The position numbers and the translations under genes were made by a program. The notes below the pieces were generated by a model. That model ran no database searches, was not told the origin of the DNA, and saw only the letters and a program-made list of their open reading frames with translations. A stretch of 61,706 nt of DNA, counting the filler, from Hausera hauseri (Eukaryota), in assembly GCA_046269625.1 (NCBI GenBank). It is 13 parts of 13 records of this genome, joined end to end, with 100 filler letters (N's around TTAATTAATTAA, not from the genome) between each part and the next. Parts side by side here need not be neighbours in the genome. Positions count along the whole stretch, not along the records: positions 14,058 to 19,304 come from JBJURY010299722.1; positions 19,405 to 24,275 come from JBJURY010408588.1; positions 24,376 to 29,178 come from JBJURY010430252.1; 10 more parts are not named here. One strand, given 5' to 3'. Of the stretch, positions 14,058 to 26,295 are shown in pieces (the first letter of the stretch is position 1; the number at the start of each line of letters is the position of its first letter).

Positions 14058-17000
14058 TTTGGTATGTGTCAGACGTTCGATTCCATCTATGAACTTCTCC
14101 CTGCTGTAAGTACTAAATGTCACTTAGCGTGACCTGTTAGATGTTACGGGTGCTTGTGGAGTTGTTTGAGGGAGAGATGCTTTGGATTTTGTGGTGTTTT
14201 GGGAAGATGCTTCATGAAAAGGCAAAAATTGAGAAGAAACTGAAGAGTGGAGTGGATCGAACGAAGAAGGCGAGGCTGGAGATGAAAGCAAAACGTGCGA
14301 CAAAAGTGAAGTGAGTGGTGGATGTGCAGACGATGACGGCAAAATAGGTGGCGAAGGAGCAGTGGACGATGATGGAGGTGAATAGATTTGATTGTGATTC
14401 GACAGTGATTGCTGCGACGGATCAAAGTCATCGAGGAAATTTGATGATAACCCGAAGCAAGAGAAGTTAGAAATAGGATTTGAAACAGTGCTGTTATCCT
14501 GGTCATCGTCAACGAAGAATGCTGGCTTAAGATAAGAAATGTGTATATTTTGAGGTCTGTCCTTATGTAAAGTAGTAGCGGTGTGTGAAGAAAGGTTGAG
14601 TAGTTTGTAAGGGTCAACGTATTGAGGCCGAAAACCAGACGGCGAAGGGTCCTTCAGCCATACAAACTTGGCTGAGTATAAGATTTGTCTTTTATTATGA
14701 GACGGCAAAAGGCGTTTAAGTTTACATCTACAAAATGGAACTGTGCCACACGAATAGCGTCATCTGATGGACTATCATCGAGGTTGGAGAGTTCAAACAG
14801 GGCACGAATTGGTGTCCCAAGGAGAGCTTCAGCCGGGGCACAACTTGTGGTGATGGATGGCGTTTCGCGCCAACCGATTAGGATAAGAGGAAGAATCGAG
14901 GTCCAATTATGATTATTGTTTGCCAGGATTTTTAAGGAAATCTTTACGGTGCGGTGAAATCTCTCAAGAAGATCATTTGCTTGGGGAGAGTACGGTGTTG
15001 TATGAAAATGAGCTATCCCCAAGTGTTTTACCAGAGATTTAAGAAGATCAGCTTCAAATTGCAGACCCTGGTCCGTTATAATGTGGCGTGGTAGGCCAAA
15101 ACGGCTGACCAATATCTTGATATATGCATCTGCTACTGAGTCAGTGTTGGTTGATCGAAGCGGAACAGCTTTAGGTCAGCTGGAAGCATGATCCATCATG
15201 GATAAGATATATTGATAACCATTGTCGGAAGGTAGAGGACTCACAAGATCCAAATGCACGGTTTCAAAACGAGAAGTGCAAGGGAAGTGGTAAAGTGGTG
15301 GTTTGATGTGTTTATGAACCTTATATTATTGACATGCTACACATCCCTTGACGCAGATCTGTACATCGGTACGCATAGTTGGCCATACAACATGGCGTTG
15401 CAGTAGACAAAATGACGCTTTGGAACCCGAGTGATGAAAAGAGTGAAAGTGAGTGAAAGCTGTCTTTTTTAACGATGGAGCAAGAATGATTTTTTTATTA
15501 GTCGAGTTGAATGTGTCGTAGGCGATGCCATCAATGATCTCAACCGATTGAAAGGCTTGGAGAATATCAGATAGTGGCTGATTACTTCTCAGGACTTCAG
15601 AGGAGAAAATTGGCTGAACTGTAATTGAGTTGACCGACCGCGACAGAAAATCTGCTACTAAGTTTTCGGTGCCAGAAATATATTTCATGGAAAAACTATA
15701 TGTCGACAGATATGATATCTGACGTTCTTGCATGGGTGATGGCTGTTTTAACGTTATGATATGAAGTAGAGGTTCATGATCTGTTTGGATGACGAATTGA
15801 CGTGATTGGAGCAAATGCTTAAAATTCTTTACGGCTAGAACAATGGCCAGGAGTTTACGATCGAATGTTGAGTATCGGCTTTCTGGTTGCGTAAGCTTTT
15901 GGGAATAGAATTCTAACGGCTCATCCACACCATTGTGTATTTGGTATAATATTGCACCAGTGGCTGTGGTTGAGGCATGGGTAGTTAATATTAGTTCCGC
16001 GTTCGGTTTTGGTAAAGCCAGGATTTTAACGGATTTCAGACCATCACGAAGGCAATCAGATTGATTAACTAGATCGGGATTCCAATGGATTAGTTGTGTT
16101 TTCTTTCAGAATTAGAGGTGTGCGAAGGGTGCCGTTAGTTCGGAGCAGTGTGAAACGTATTTGTGTACGAAGTGCAGTGTCCCTAAAAAATTCCTCATAT
16201 ATGTAGTGGTAATCGGTAATGTCACATTTTTCAATTGTTGTAAGCGATCAGGCTGAGGCGAATGACCTTCGGGAGTAATTATGTGGCCTAGGAAGTTGAC
16301 GCGTTTCTGGAAGAAATTGCATTTGTCAAAATTAATTTGCAGATTGCTTTGATGCAATCTGTGGAAAATAATTCTAAGGTGCTCATGATGTTGTTTGATG
16401 GAGCTTGAAGTGACTAATATGTTGTCTATGTATAAGTGAGCAAAATCAAGACCAGAAAGAACGGTGTCAATGTGGCGCTGAAAGGTCTGAGATGCACTAA
16501 GTAGGCCAAAAGACATGAAGATGTATTTGTAAAGGTCAAATGGTGTGATGACAGCAGTTTTTGGAATGTCATCAGAGGCAACAAGAATTTGATGGTAGGT
16601 TTTGTGCAGATGAATGGTAGAATAGGTATTGGTGTTATTGAGGCTATGAAGAATATCCTTATTTAATGGTAGTGGATAGGCATCTGTAATAGTTAGGTTG
16701 TTTAATTGTCGATACTTGCCACATGGCATATAGGTACCATCTTTCTTTACCACTACATGAAGAGGAGAAGCCCACGGTGAATTCTATCTTCCAATGATGC
16801 CAAACCTTTCCTGTTTATTAAATTCCTGTTCCACAGCTTTACGTCTGCGTGGCAACAAAAGTCTAACCTTTTATTTGATAGGCCTCTGATGCTCCGTTAC
16901 TATATGGTGATAAGTTGTGGATGGAGGATTGAAGTTGACGTCCCTTTTGACTATGCAAAAACAAGACGCTGTGATGTATGATTTAAGATCGGAGTCTAGA

Positions 17001-19304
17001 GATAAGAATGAATGAGGCATATCATCAAACGAGACAGTTTCAGTAATTAACGAAGAACAACCGGCATTGCCACTGTCAATATTCAGTTTGGATTTTTATT
17101 TTAAAATTAATCTGTGATTGTTATACTCGTTATCATTTGACGAGGTATTCAGTATATTTACAGAAGAGTGCTTTGGGTGTTCGCTAGATTGTCTGCGAGA
17201 CATGCGTTTGAAATAACGATAGAGTTCTTGCTCAGAAGACAGCCGTATTTGCAACCGACCAACAGATCATGTGCGGCAAGAAAATCTGAGCCTATTATTG
17301 GAGATTTAATATTGGCCACGTGGAACTTCAAGACAAACTTATCTGGCAAGTTGGCGAATGTGAAAGTCAGTTCCGTGGTTCCTGCAACGTGCAATGGTTG
17401 ACCACTGGCAGTGAAAAGCGGTGGACAGGAAATTATAGTGAATGTAGGAGTGAAGAACAATGGAAGGAGAGAAAAGGCAGCTCCTGAATCTATAAGGAAG
17501 TCGATATGTGAAGTGTCTCTGCATAGCAGTGCAGCTTTTAACAGAAAGACTGCCGAGGCGGTGTTGAAACGGCCAGAAGATTGAGCGATATTGCCTGCGC
17601 CAGAATGTGCCGTAAAATCTGGCGGCGTTATTGGTTTTTTGAAGGATTTGGAGGAAAAGGAAGAAGGGGAAGAAAAAATACGAGATTTACCTTTGTAGTG
17701 TTTACAACCAGGTACACATGACCTGGCCTGTGACTGATATTTGTTGTGGTATATGCAAATAGGGTTGTTTATAGCGTATCGCTCGCTATAGAATCGACAG
17801 CCCAAGAAGCATTTCCTTGCCTCCTTTCAAAAACGCTTATGATAGAAGCACGTCACATGTCCGCCAGGTGAGATGGACCGGCAGGAGTGTCTTGAAGCGC
17901 TTCACTGCCTTGAATGTCTGGTGTCACTTAGTCGAGGTCCATTAAGATTACTTAGTTGGGTAGTAATAGCCGAAATTGACTGCTGTAACTTGTCAAATTG
18001 TTGCTGCATCATTTTGAATTGTTGAGTAAAAATGTTGTGTCTGTAGTTGAGCACATGTGGTTGCAGCCGCAATAGGGAAAGAAATGTTGGTATGAAGAAT
18101 CTCAAAAAATTTGTCAACCATTATTGCCAGTTTTTCGGTAGCAGTGGACTCATCGCCAACGGTGAGTAATTATCTGATTGAGGTGGGCAAATATGACGAG
18201 AAATAACGGCGAATTAAATCCGCGTTAATCGTAGGTGTCACTCCTAGAGCGCTAGGCTGCAGAATGGTCGTTTCGAGAAAATCGGATGGCTTTTGGTTTC
18301 CTGTCGCATGGTCGTTAAAATACTTTTGTATTATATTGCCAATCGAAGGATCAGTGACATGCAGTACAGCTTCACAGAGTGTCTCGTCAGGTGTCGAGGA
18401 TTGGAGTAGCTCGGAGATGTTACTTGTCTGCTGCTTGACATTGACAAGAAGAAGGATTAAAAGACTATTGGCTCGAACAAAAAAATTAGTAATGTTTTTC
18501 GATTTTAGCCACTGTTGGTGGAATTGGAGCCATGGTTTGCTGGAGTTGTTTTTGTGAAGGAAAAATTTTACACAAGGTAAATTTAACAAACCTCGTAATT
18601 GTTGGGAGTGTGGCAAACGATAGATGTTGACTGTATTTGTGGATTTATCATCCGAGAAGGATGGATTGGGATCCGATCCACCCCGGAGGCGAAAATGGAG
18701 CATGAGATGGATGACTGGACATTTGTGGCATACGAGACACAAGAGGGAGTCGACAGGATGTACAGTCATACCTTGATGTGTGAAGTAGAAGTTAGAAATG
18801 TTGAGTGAGTAGGATAAAGAGGTGTATAGTAGCTGTCCTGTGGCGCTGAGTGGAGCTATAACGGTTGTAATGTGTTGATTATAGCTGAAGACAAGGAAGG
18901 AGAGTTGCAGCGAAGTAATCCCAGGAAAACGGTAAAATGCATGGGAGGCTTGGGCGGTGTCCTTATGTGTTAACAAGATGTACCGACGTGCAGCCGGGGT
19001 AGTGGTGGCAAGTGATGATTGGGATAAAGGAATATTCAAAGATGTTAAGCTTAAAAAACCCTTTAAAATGAAAAATGGTGTGAGCTAAGAAGGATTTGTA
19101 TATGCGCACTGGTGAGGGCAAATCAGTGAAAAAAATCTCACCAAGCTGTGTCTGAATATTTGAATCCTGGATGTCAAATTTGGTCACATCTGAAGTGTTT
19201 TCCCCACTGGATTATTCTTATTAATCAAAACGACGTCGGTCTCGTCAACACTCCTTTCCTTTGTCAAATAAATTGTTACCGAGAGACTTGGAGAGAATAT
19301 TGTG
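14058..19304 (-). mobile_element. Near full-length CsRn1-like Ty3/gypsy element: LTR end, UBL-gag, CHCC motif, protease, RT, RNaseH, integrase (decayed)
   Basis: CIYHNKYQSQARSCVPGC (CsRn1-type Cys-His motif), FLIDSGAAFSLLP, RT and RNaseH motifs, integrase TDQGLQFE and TTPYSPQAN. The putative LTR end CACTTCA (about 19191-19197) is the inverse of the TGAAGTG LTR start at 49272. Confidence 0.93.
18677..18919 (-). CDS. Ubiquitin-like module ending LHFRLRGG, fused to the Gag N-terminus
   Basis: About 81 aa, in frame with Gag in ORF 18170-19039. The C-terminus matches ubiquitin LHLVLRLRGG. Confidence 0.8.
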
Positions 19305-19404
19305 NNNNNNNNNNNNNNNNNNNNNNNNNNNNNNNNNNNNNNNNNNNNTTAATTAATTAANNNNNNNNNNNNNNNNNNNNNNNNNNNNNNNNNNNNNNNN
19401 NNNN

Positions 19405-20225
19405 GTATATGATACAAGATCTTTGATCGTTTATTTTTTACTTTGGTTAGGGCTGTGACCTTGCCTATTACTTTTAGCTGATTACCGTTTATTAATTTGT
19501 GATTTATTTCGCTGCTTTCGGTCAACTTCAGTTTTAAAGTTTCCATCGTGGTTTTACTTAAATAATTTTTTGCTGCTCCTTTATCTATTATTGCTTCTAT
19601 TTTGACCTTATTTATAATTATAGCTGTGGTTGCTGTGTTGTTTGATCCATCTTCTATGAATGTTATTGTTGTATTCTTATCTTCCAATTGAATTCTACTC
19701 CTTAATGGATATTTACAGGGTGTTGTTTGCTCCAAATTGCATTCCTCAGCTACTGGTCTACATCGTTGCACACTCATCCAAGAGGTTTTATTAGGTTAGA
19801 CAAATTCTGTAGTTCTACGCTTGATACGATTATTTGTAATACTTTGTGTAATCCTTTATACGACAATTTCAATTTTGGGCTTTCGCCTGGTTTACAGGTC
19901 TCATTTAGTATATTGACTAAGTCTCCGATTCGATATACATGGGATTTTGCTTTCTTATCATATGATCCTTGTAATTTTCTTGATGGTATTTAATTTTTAA
20001 CCCGGTTCTAATCCGTGCTTCTTGTAATCTTTCTTGCAGGATTGTTGTGATTGTGGTGGTCTATATTCTAAATCGATTGGCATAATATCTCGGCTACCAT
20101 ACAGTAAAAAGAATGGTGATTCTCCAGTTGTCAGATTGGGACTTTGTCGATAAGCACATACACAAGGTTTTATATACAGATCCCAGTCAGCTGGATGATC
20201 ATATGCGTAACTAGATAAAATAATC
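19405..20225 (-). mobile_element. Ty3/gypsy-type integrase C-terminal half followed by a retropepsin-like domain
   Basis: Manual translation gives DWDLYIKPCVCAYRQSPNLTTGESPFFLLYG, YDKKAKSHVYRIGDLV, KLKLSYKG (GPY/F-like) and KYPLRSR, then IEAIIDKGAAKNYLS. Confidence 0.8.
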
Positions 20226-21059
20226 TAAAATTGTTCACTAAAAGCTTCCACTTGTTGTTCGTACAGGGATCTAATTTATTCTGACCTTAAGCGTTACCTA
20301 ACATATAAAATTTCTGAGTCTCTCTGAAGGCGAGTTCGGTGGTGGTCAGGCTACAAGTAGCCTGCACCTGGCAATTTCCAGAACGTTTAACGATTAGATA
20401 CATGACAGGTAATGTTGAGTCCTGATACATCTTAAAGTCCGTAATATCTATCAAACCATACGTCAAGTTTATTTCAATGAATCTGATGCAATCAAAATGA
20501 ACGAAAAACATCTTAAAGTCCTTTTATATAATAATTACAACAACCACATTACGAGCGCTGTTTCATATCCTTAGTACATTTTGAATTACCTAATCGCGAA
20601 TTCCTCAAATGTGATTATATGTGTATTCATTATATATATGCATATATATGTAATTAAAAATATATCTTCCTTCACACTGCGATAGTATATCGATATACCA
20701 TGCAATCTATCATAACATTTAGTTCTAATATTAAAAGTATGCATGACGTTCCTGATGTTAATTGTTATTGTACTTCTCCAAATCATTCTACTTACTTCAT
20801 CGGTAATATACCCATCATTTTAATGGTCAACAAATCTTTATTAATATTCGTGGATCTTATTTGACCAATAATAAGGAAACCTTAACAATATCATTAACAA
20901 TTTTATTATTCAAATAAAAGCAATAGATTAGTACAGTTTTTATTTAAATATTATCAATAATATATTATGAATAGAATAGGAGAAACAAAATGATCGAATT
21001 ATCACTACTAATCAATATTATAGAAAGAAATAATTTAATTTATCGTTAATTTGTCTTAA

Positions 21060-22100
21060 TTGTGTTCTCTAATGATATCCAATGTACTCCTATACGTTAA
21101 TTTCTGTAAGGTTTTGTTAACCTGAACTGTTAAACGTGCATTAACCTCCTGTTCTCTGATTTCATCTAATCAACATTAACTAACATATTACAATACTCAA
21201 TTGTTATCGTTTCTATCATCTGGTTAAATTTACCGACGTCTTGCTTATCTATTTATAAATCGTTCGTCTCCTATTTGACTTCTTAGCGATATCATCGTGT
21301 ACATTGGCATAACCTTCATTTATTTCAACCATCCTGAAATATGAACTCAACCGCATTCTAGTTCCTCGTTTGTAATTCAATTTGAATACTTTGATCATAA
21401 CTAAAAAGCTCTAAAATTATAAGAGGAATCGGCAGTTTAAATCAAAGATTTATAAAATTCCAGTCGTCATTATTTATATATCCATTGCCGCTACTTTCAT
21501 TTTCATCCGACAGCAAGAATATTCACCATAGACTCGGGGAAAAATAATATAATAAACAATTTTATTATACAAATAAAAAGAATAGAACGATATATAGTTT
21601 TGTAACTAACATCAATATCATAATTAGGGTAGAATGAATATAACGATACTGCAATATCGAAATCATCAATATTAATACAATAAAAGGGTATAATTTCAAC
21701 ATCAAAATTATCAATATTATAGGGAGAAATTCTCTGATTTGCCAGAAAAATCATTTCAGTTGTGATCTCTAATAATGTCCGATACACTCATAGGTGTTAA
21801 AACATCCGGGTCTCTAGTTTGATCTGATCCACGTATTATAATGCTCAATTATTATACCCAACATTTTACTGACATCTTGCCAATCATATCCATAAAGTAT
21901 TTAGTCCATAAATGGCTTCTTAACTACATCATTAGGTATAGTGGTATAACCTTACTGACAATGTGACTGACTCAACGTAAATTTAATTGCAATCCTGTTA
22001 CTTATACATAATGCTATTTTAATCCTAACCATGGAATTCTACGAATATGGAAGGCATCGGTAGTTTGGATTAATCTATACAATTCTCCATCATTGAGTAT
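21060..22100 (-). repeat. Diverged tandem duplication (period about 630-700 bp) of a decayed coding-like unit
   Basis: 21061 TGTGTTCTCTAATGATATCCAATGTACTC vs 21761 TGTGATCTCTAATAATGTCCGATACACTC. Also TTTACCGACGTCTTGC vs TTTACTGACATCTTGC, and GAATCGGCAGTTT vs GCATCGGTAGTTT. Confidence 0.6.
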
Positions 22101-23439
22101 TATTATAATACCATTTGGCATAATAGTTGCACTTACTTTCTGCCATTACAAAATGATAATAGATTACGATTCATGCTCCCAACAAAATTAGCTTTGATTT
22201 CATCAATGTCGCTTATATTAATCATACTGGATTGTTTGATCTAAGTACGAATATTATATTATTCGTTATCTCTCATTAGTTATTGTGGGACTAATCGGCC
22301 TTTGTGTGAATACAGTCTGCATTTATGCGTCTTTGCATAGACATATGTACATTATCATCCAATATATGTTCATCTGTTTACAAAATCACACCAACGTATT
22401 TGTGTACGTCAATAATCTGTAAATCAGATCATAGATATGATTCACGCATTTATAAGTTTCTAACTATATATTTTTATCACAAATTAATACAATAATGACA
22501 ATGGTATATTACTGGCAGTAACAATGGAAATAAAGACGTGATAGATTTTTAACAAACTAAACTCTAAGTTATTCAATCTCTATTAGGTCAAAACCATCAT
22601 GTTTAAAACTACCTGTTGAATCATTGGCGAATTCCGATGAAACTGTCGTCGTATCATTACCGTTGTTTATGGCTTGATTTTTGATTAAACTGAGATAATT
22701 TATTAATGCTTGGTAAAAGTCTCCCTTCGAAATGACAGACTTACTTAGAACCTTTCAGTACAATGATAACCTGTCAATTGCAGCTCGACTCGATGAATAG
22801 AAGAGTAACTTTCTGGATCTGAATTTAATTCAGTTAATTACTTTGGCCAATGCCAAAAGACTTACTTGTCTTTTCAAACACCTGATGAGTTGAATTAGAA
22901 TCAAAAATAACTTACTGTGTGTTGTGTTGCAATGCATCTTATTTATATACTGGTCTTTGAACTTTATAATGTAATTTCAGAATTCTATTATTCATTGTTA
23001 AAAGCATTAATGGTCTATTCTGTTCTTAGCGGCATCTTTCATTTTCAGAATTGAAATGAATTTTGAAAACCTTAGTAGACCACTTATCTTGTCAGTTTTG
23101 TCATTTCAACAATCTACTTTACATTCCATTGTCAACTCATTGTTACATTTGACCTAACAATCTTTTATATTTGACCTAAATTTGACCTAACAATTTATTT
23201 TGCATTTAATCTATATCTCATATTTACAACTTTATTCACAATCCCTACTCCTATCAATTGCCAATCGATCAGTGTTGGATTGGTTAACAATCTTTTACAA
23301 AAACAGTGGGGATGTTAAAATATGACACCCATAATCAATTGGGTTTACAGGATAATGAGAAAGAAATAAGAATAATAATTTCAGCATGATAATGTCTTTG
23401 AAATGTTTAATCAAATAACATACATGAACAATATCAAAA

Positions 23440-23550
23440 TGTTATCAAATGTCACATAAATAATGCCAGAATGTTATCACAAATAATGTCACAATGTTAA
23501 ATGTCATCAGAATATTATCACATGAATAATGTCACAATGTTAAATGTCAG
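23440..23550. repeat. Short tandem AATGTCAC/AATGTTA repeats
   Basis: AATAATGTCACAATGTTAAATGTCA occurs twice, plus degenerate units. Confidence 0.7.
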
Positions 23551-23610
23551 TTGATTGGCGAAGTATATTCGAGTTTCATCGAGCATCAGGACATTGGGTA
23601 ATGTTCAATC

Positions 23611-24243
23611 TTAAGAACCTCCAACATTTTTCCCCATTTTGAAAAAGATTCGGTCCTCCGGATCACTCTGGGTACTGACATCAACGAAGCTGAGATTGCG
23701 GAGTCTAATAATCAATGTCGCATCGTTTATCGGGTTCATCCAATGGCATAATCCCTGGGTTCGGTTGTCGTAGGTATAGGAGAAGTGGTAGTAGACTAAT
23801 GGTTGACGGCAGTAATGGCATGATATACCGTTCTGAAATGTCATTTGGAGTGCATCATTTGGATCAATTGATTGTAGAAATTGGGATCGGAGTTTGTTGA
23901 AACATGTTGCACACAGAGTGTGGTTACATTGGAATTGAACTACTGTTATTCTTTCGGTAAGGCAAATTGTACATTCATAAGTAGGAAGCTGATCATAAAA
24001 GAGAATTTGCAATGTTGCCCAAAGATCAGGTAAAGCTAGGTCAGAAATAAGATCAACTCGGCATTTACTAAGTACAGGAAACCAATCTTGTTGCAATGAT
24101 ATTGGCAATGGAGGACTATGAGATATAGTTGGTGTAGGAGTTATTGAAGGTGAAGGTACGGGTAATTCAGATAGTGGTCTAATGACACTTTCAGGATGAT
24201 AACGTGAATGGGGTATTGAAGATGGCTGTTCTAAAAGAGACAT
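23611..24243 (-). CDS. Intronless C3HC4 RING-finger protein (putative E3 ligase), 210 aa
   Basis: CTIC-x11-CNHTLCATC-long insert-CHYCRQP, a Pro/Ser-rich N-terminus, and ATG to stop intact. Confidence 0.8.
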   Translation of the reverse strand: MSLLEQPSSIPHSRYHPESVIRPLSELPVPSPSITPTPTISHSPPLPISLQQDWFPVLSKCRVDLISDLALPDLWATLQILFYDQLPTYECTICLTERITVVQFQCNHTLCATCFNKLRSQFLQSIDPNDALQMTFQNGISCHYCRQPLVYYHFSYTYDNRTQGLCHWMNPINDATLIIRLRNLSFVDVSTQSDPEDRIFFKMGKNVGGS

Positions 24244-26295
24244 AATGTTTATATGTTGTAAAGATACTTTGTATANNNNNNNNNNNNNNNNNNNNNNNNN
24301 NNNNNNNNNNNNNNNNNNNTTAATTAATTAANNNNNNNNNNNNNNNNNNNNNNNNNNNNNNNNNNNNNNNNNNNNTCACGTAATTTAGATACAATACAAG
24401 CATAAGTAGACATCAAAACGCAATTCCAAGCTTTACAACGACTAAATTTTATGATGACGAAGCAAGTGACGACGATACTGAAAGAGATTTATAAAATGAT
24501 CGAAGAAACGATCTTTAGAACAAAGCGGAATATGACTCGCGCTTTCTGTCCAAGATTAAGAAACATCCGACTAGAAAGAGTCCAACATTTAACAGATAAA
24601 GCTATCGACGAAATTTTAATGCAGGATATCGAAACCCTAGACATTTGTCCGAAACATAGAGGAACTTTAGCGGAAGCAATAAAATTCTTGCATAAACCAC
24701 AAGAATGGGTGGCCGGAACAGATCAGAATTGCCATACCGAGTTAACAAAAATAAGAAACGACCAACATATTAGTTTCGAAGAATCTAAGTTCGTAAAGAA
24801 ATTGCTGGATGCAATAGATCCCGATTCGAAAGCCATAAATGAGATGTATGAATTAGCCTTCCTATTAGTAGAAATGACACAGATTAATGATAAAAAGACG
24901 AGGCAATTGATGCCCAACTACGACAAGTCGAAGAAACGTGCGTTAGAACCAAACAAATGACAACGAGGTTAGACGAATTAGTAAAAGGGTTCGAAATCTA
25001 TCGGAACAAATATGCTGTTACCGAATCAGAAATTAAAAATAAGCAAGAATTTGTACAAAGATGACAAAGAAATGTAATTATTGAACTGACTGATTATCAC
25101 CAAAAGGGATTCATCAATTCTAATGAATTAGACAAATTACCAAAAATGATTCAGTATGCTTGTGGGAACGGAATAGGATTCTGGACCACACAGATGAAAG
25201 AAATACAGCCAAGGTTAAAAAAAATTTGAAAGAATGTACAAAGGACGAATACAGCACTAGTAGACTATGGACTTCCAGATGTTGAAAATGAACCGGAATA
25301 AGATGCGCACTTAGATGCGATAACGGCCAAAAATCCTGTATCTCCAGTACACCTAAATGAAATAGAAAGGTGTTCGCAGAACAGGAGATTCAATGTGGAG
25401 ATGCTCCTTAATTCAGCTCTAAATGAAAAAGATTTAATTGAACTAATTAATGTAAACATTACCGAAAGTAAGTTAAGACAACATATTCCGACTTTGACTA
25501 AATTATCCAGTAAGAGCACAGTTTATAGTACGGTGCCGTAACTTTTGACAAGGAAATGCGCTAAAATCTTGAGGGCTAACCCTAAAGTATTGATGAAAGT
25601 AATGGTATGCCAAGACGGTACAGTGTGTAAGACAAATCATGGGAGTCCGAGATGCTGCAATGTATTTCGAGTATTTACAAACAGGTGAGGACAAGGAACA
25701 ATACGACAAGAATTTAGTGCCACTGAGTGAAAGAATAACCAATGTTCCAAGGCCGAAACGCCCAGTCGGTAGGCCTAAGAAAACGCGAGAAGAAGTCGAC
25801 TACAATGGAGAATTGATTAGAGAGTTGAGACAAATGTCGATTCCTACTTTCAGCACAGACAATGAAGAATTAAGCGAATTAATGAAGAATTTGTTACGAA
25901 TTGTAAATTATTCAAGCCTTCGAGGTGACACGTTAAATGATAAAGAAAAAGCAATATTCAATGCAGCTAGAATGATGAAAAGTTCACGTTTTAAACTACC
26001 AAAAAGTAACTTAACCGATGAATCGGTAATCGAGAAGATCATGGTGGAAAACACCACTGAATAATTAACAAAAGTATTACTATACTTAGCTATCAAAATA
26101 AACCCTAATCAAGAAAATGAAATTAATAGAGTTAGAAGCTTAGCACAAACAGCAGCAAGACAGCTACCCTGCGAAGTAAATTAATCGAGACTATTTTATA
26201 AAGAAGACAAACGACCCGGAAATACCAATAGGCTGAAAGATATGTTATGTAATTTGGTAACAACCGATAATAATAACCGGAAAATCGAATCAAGT

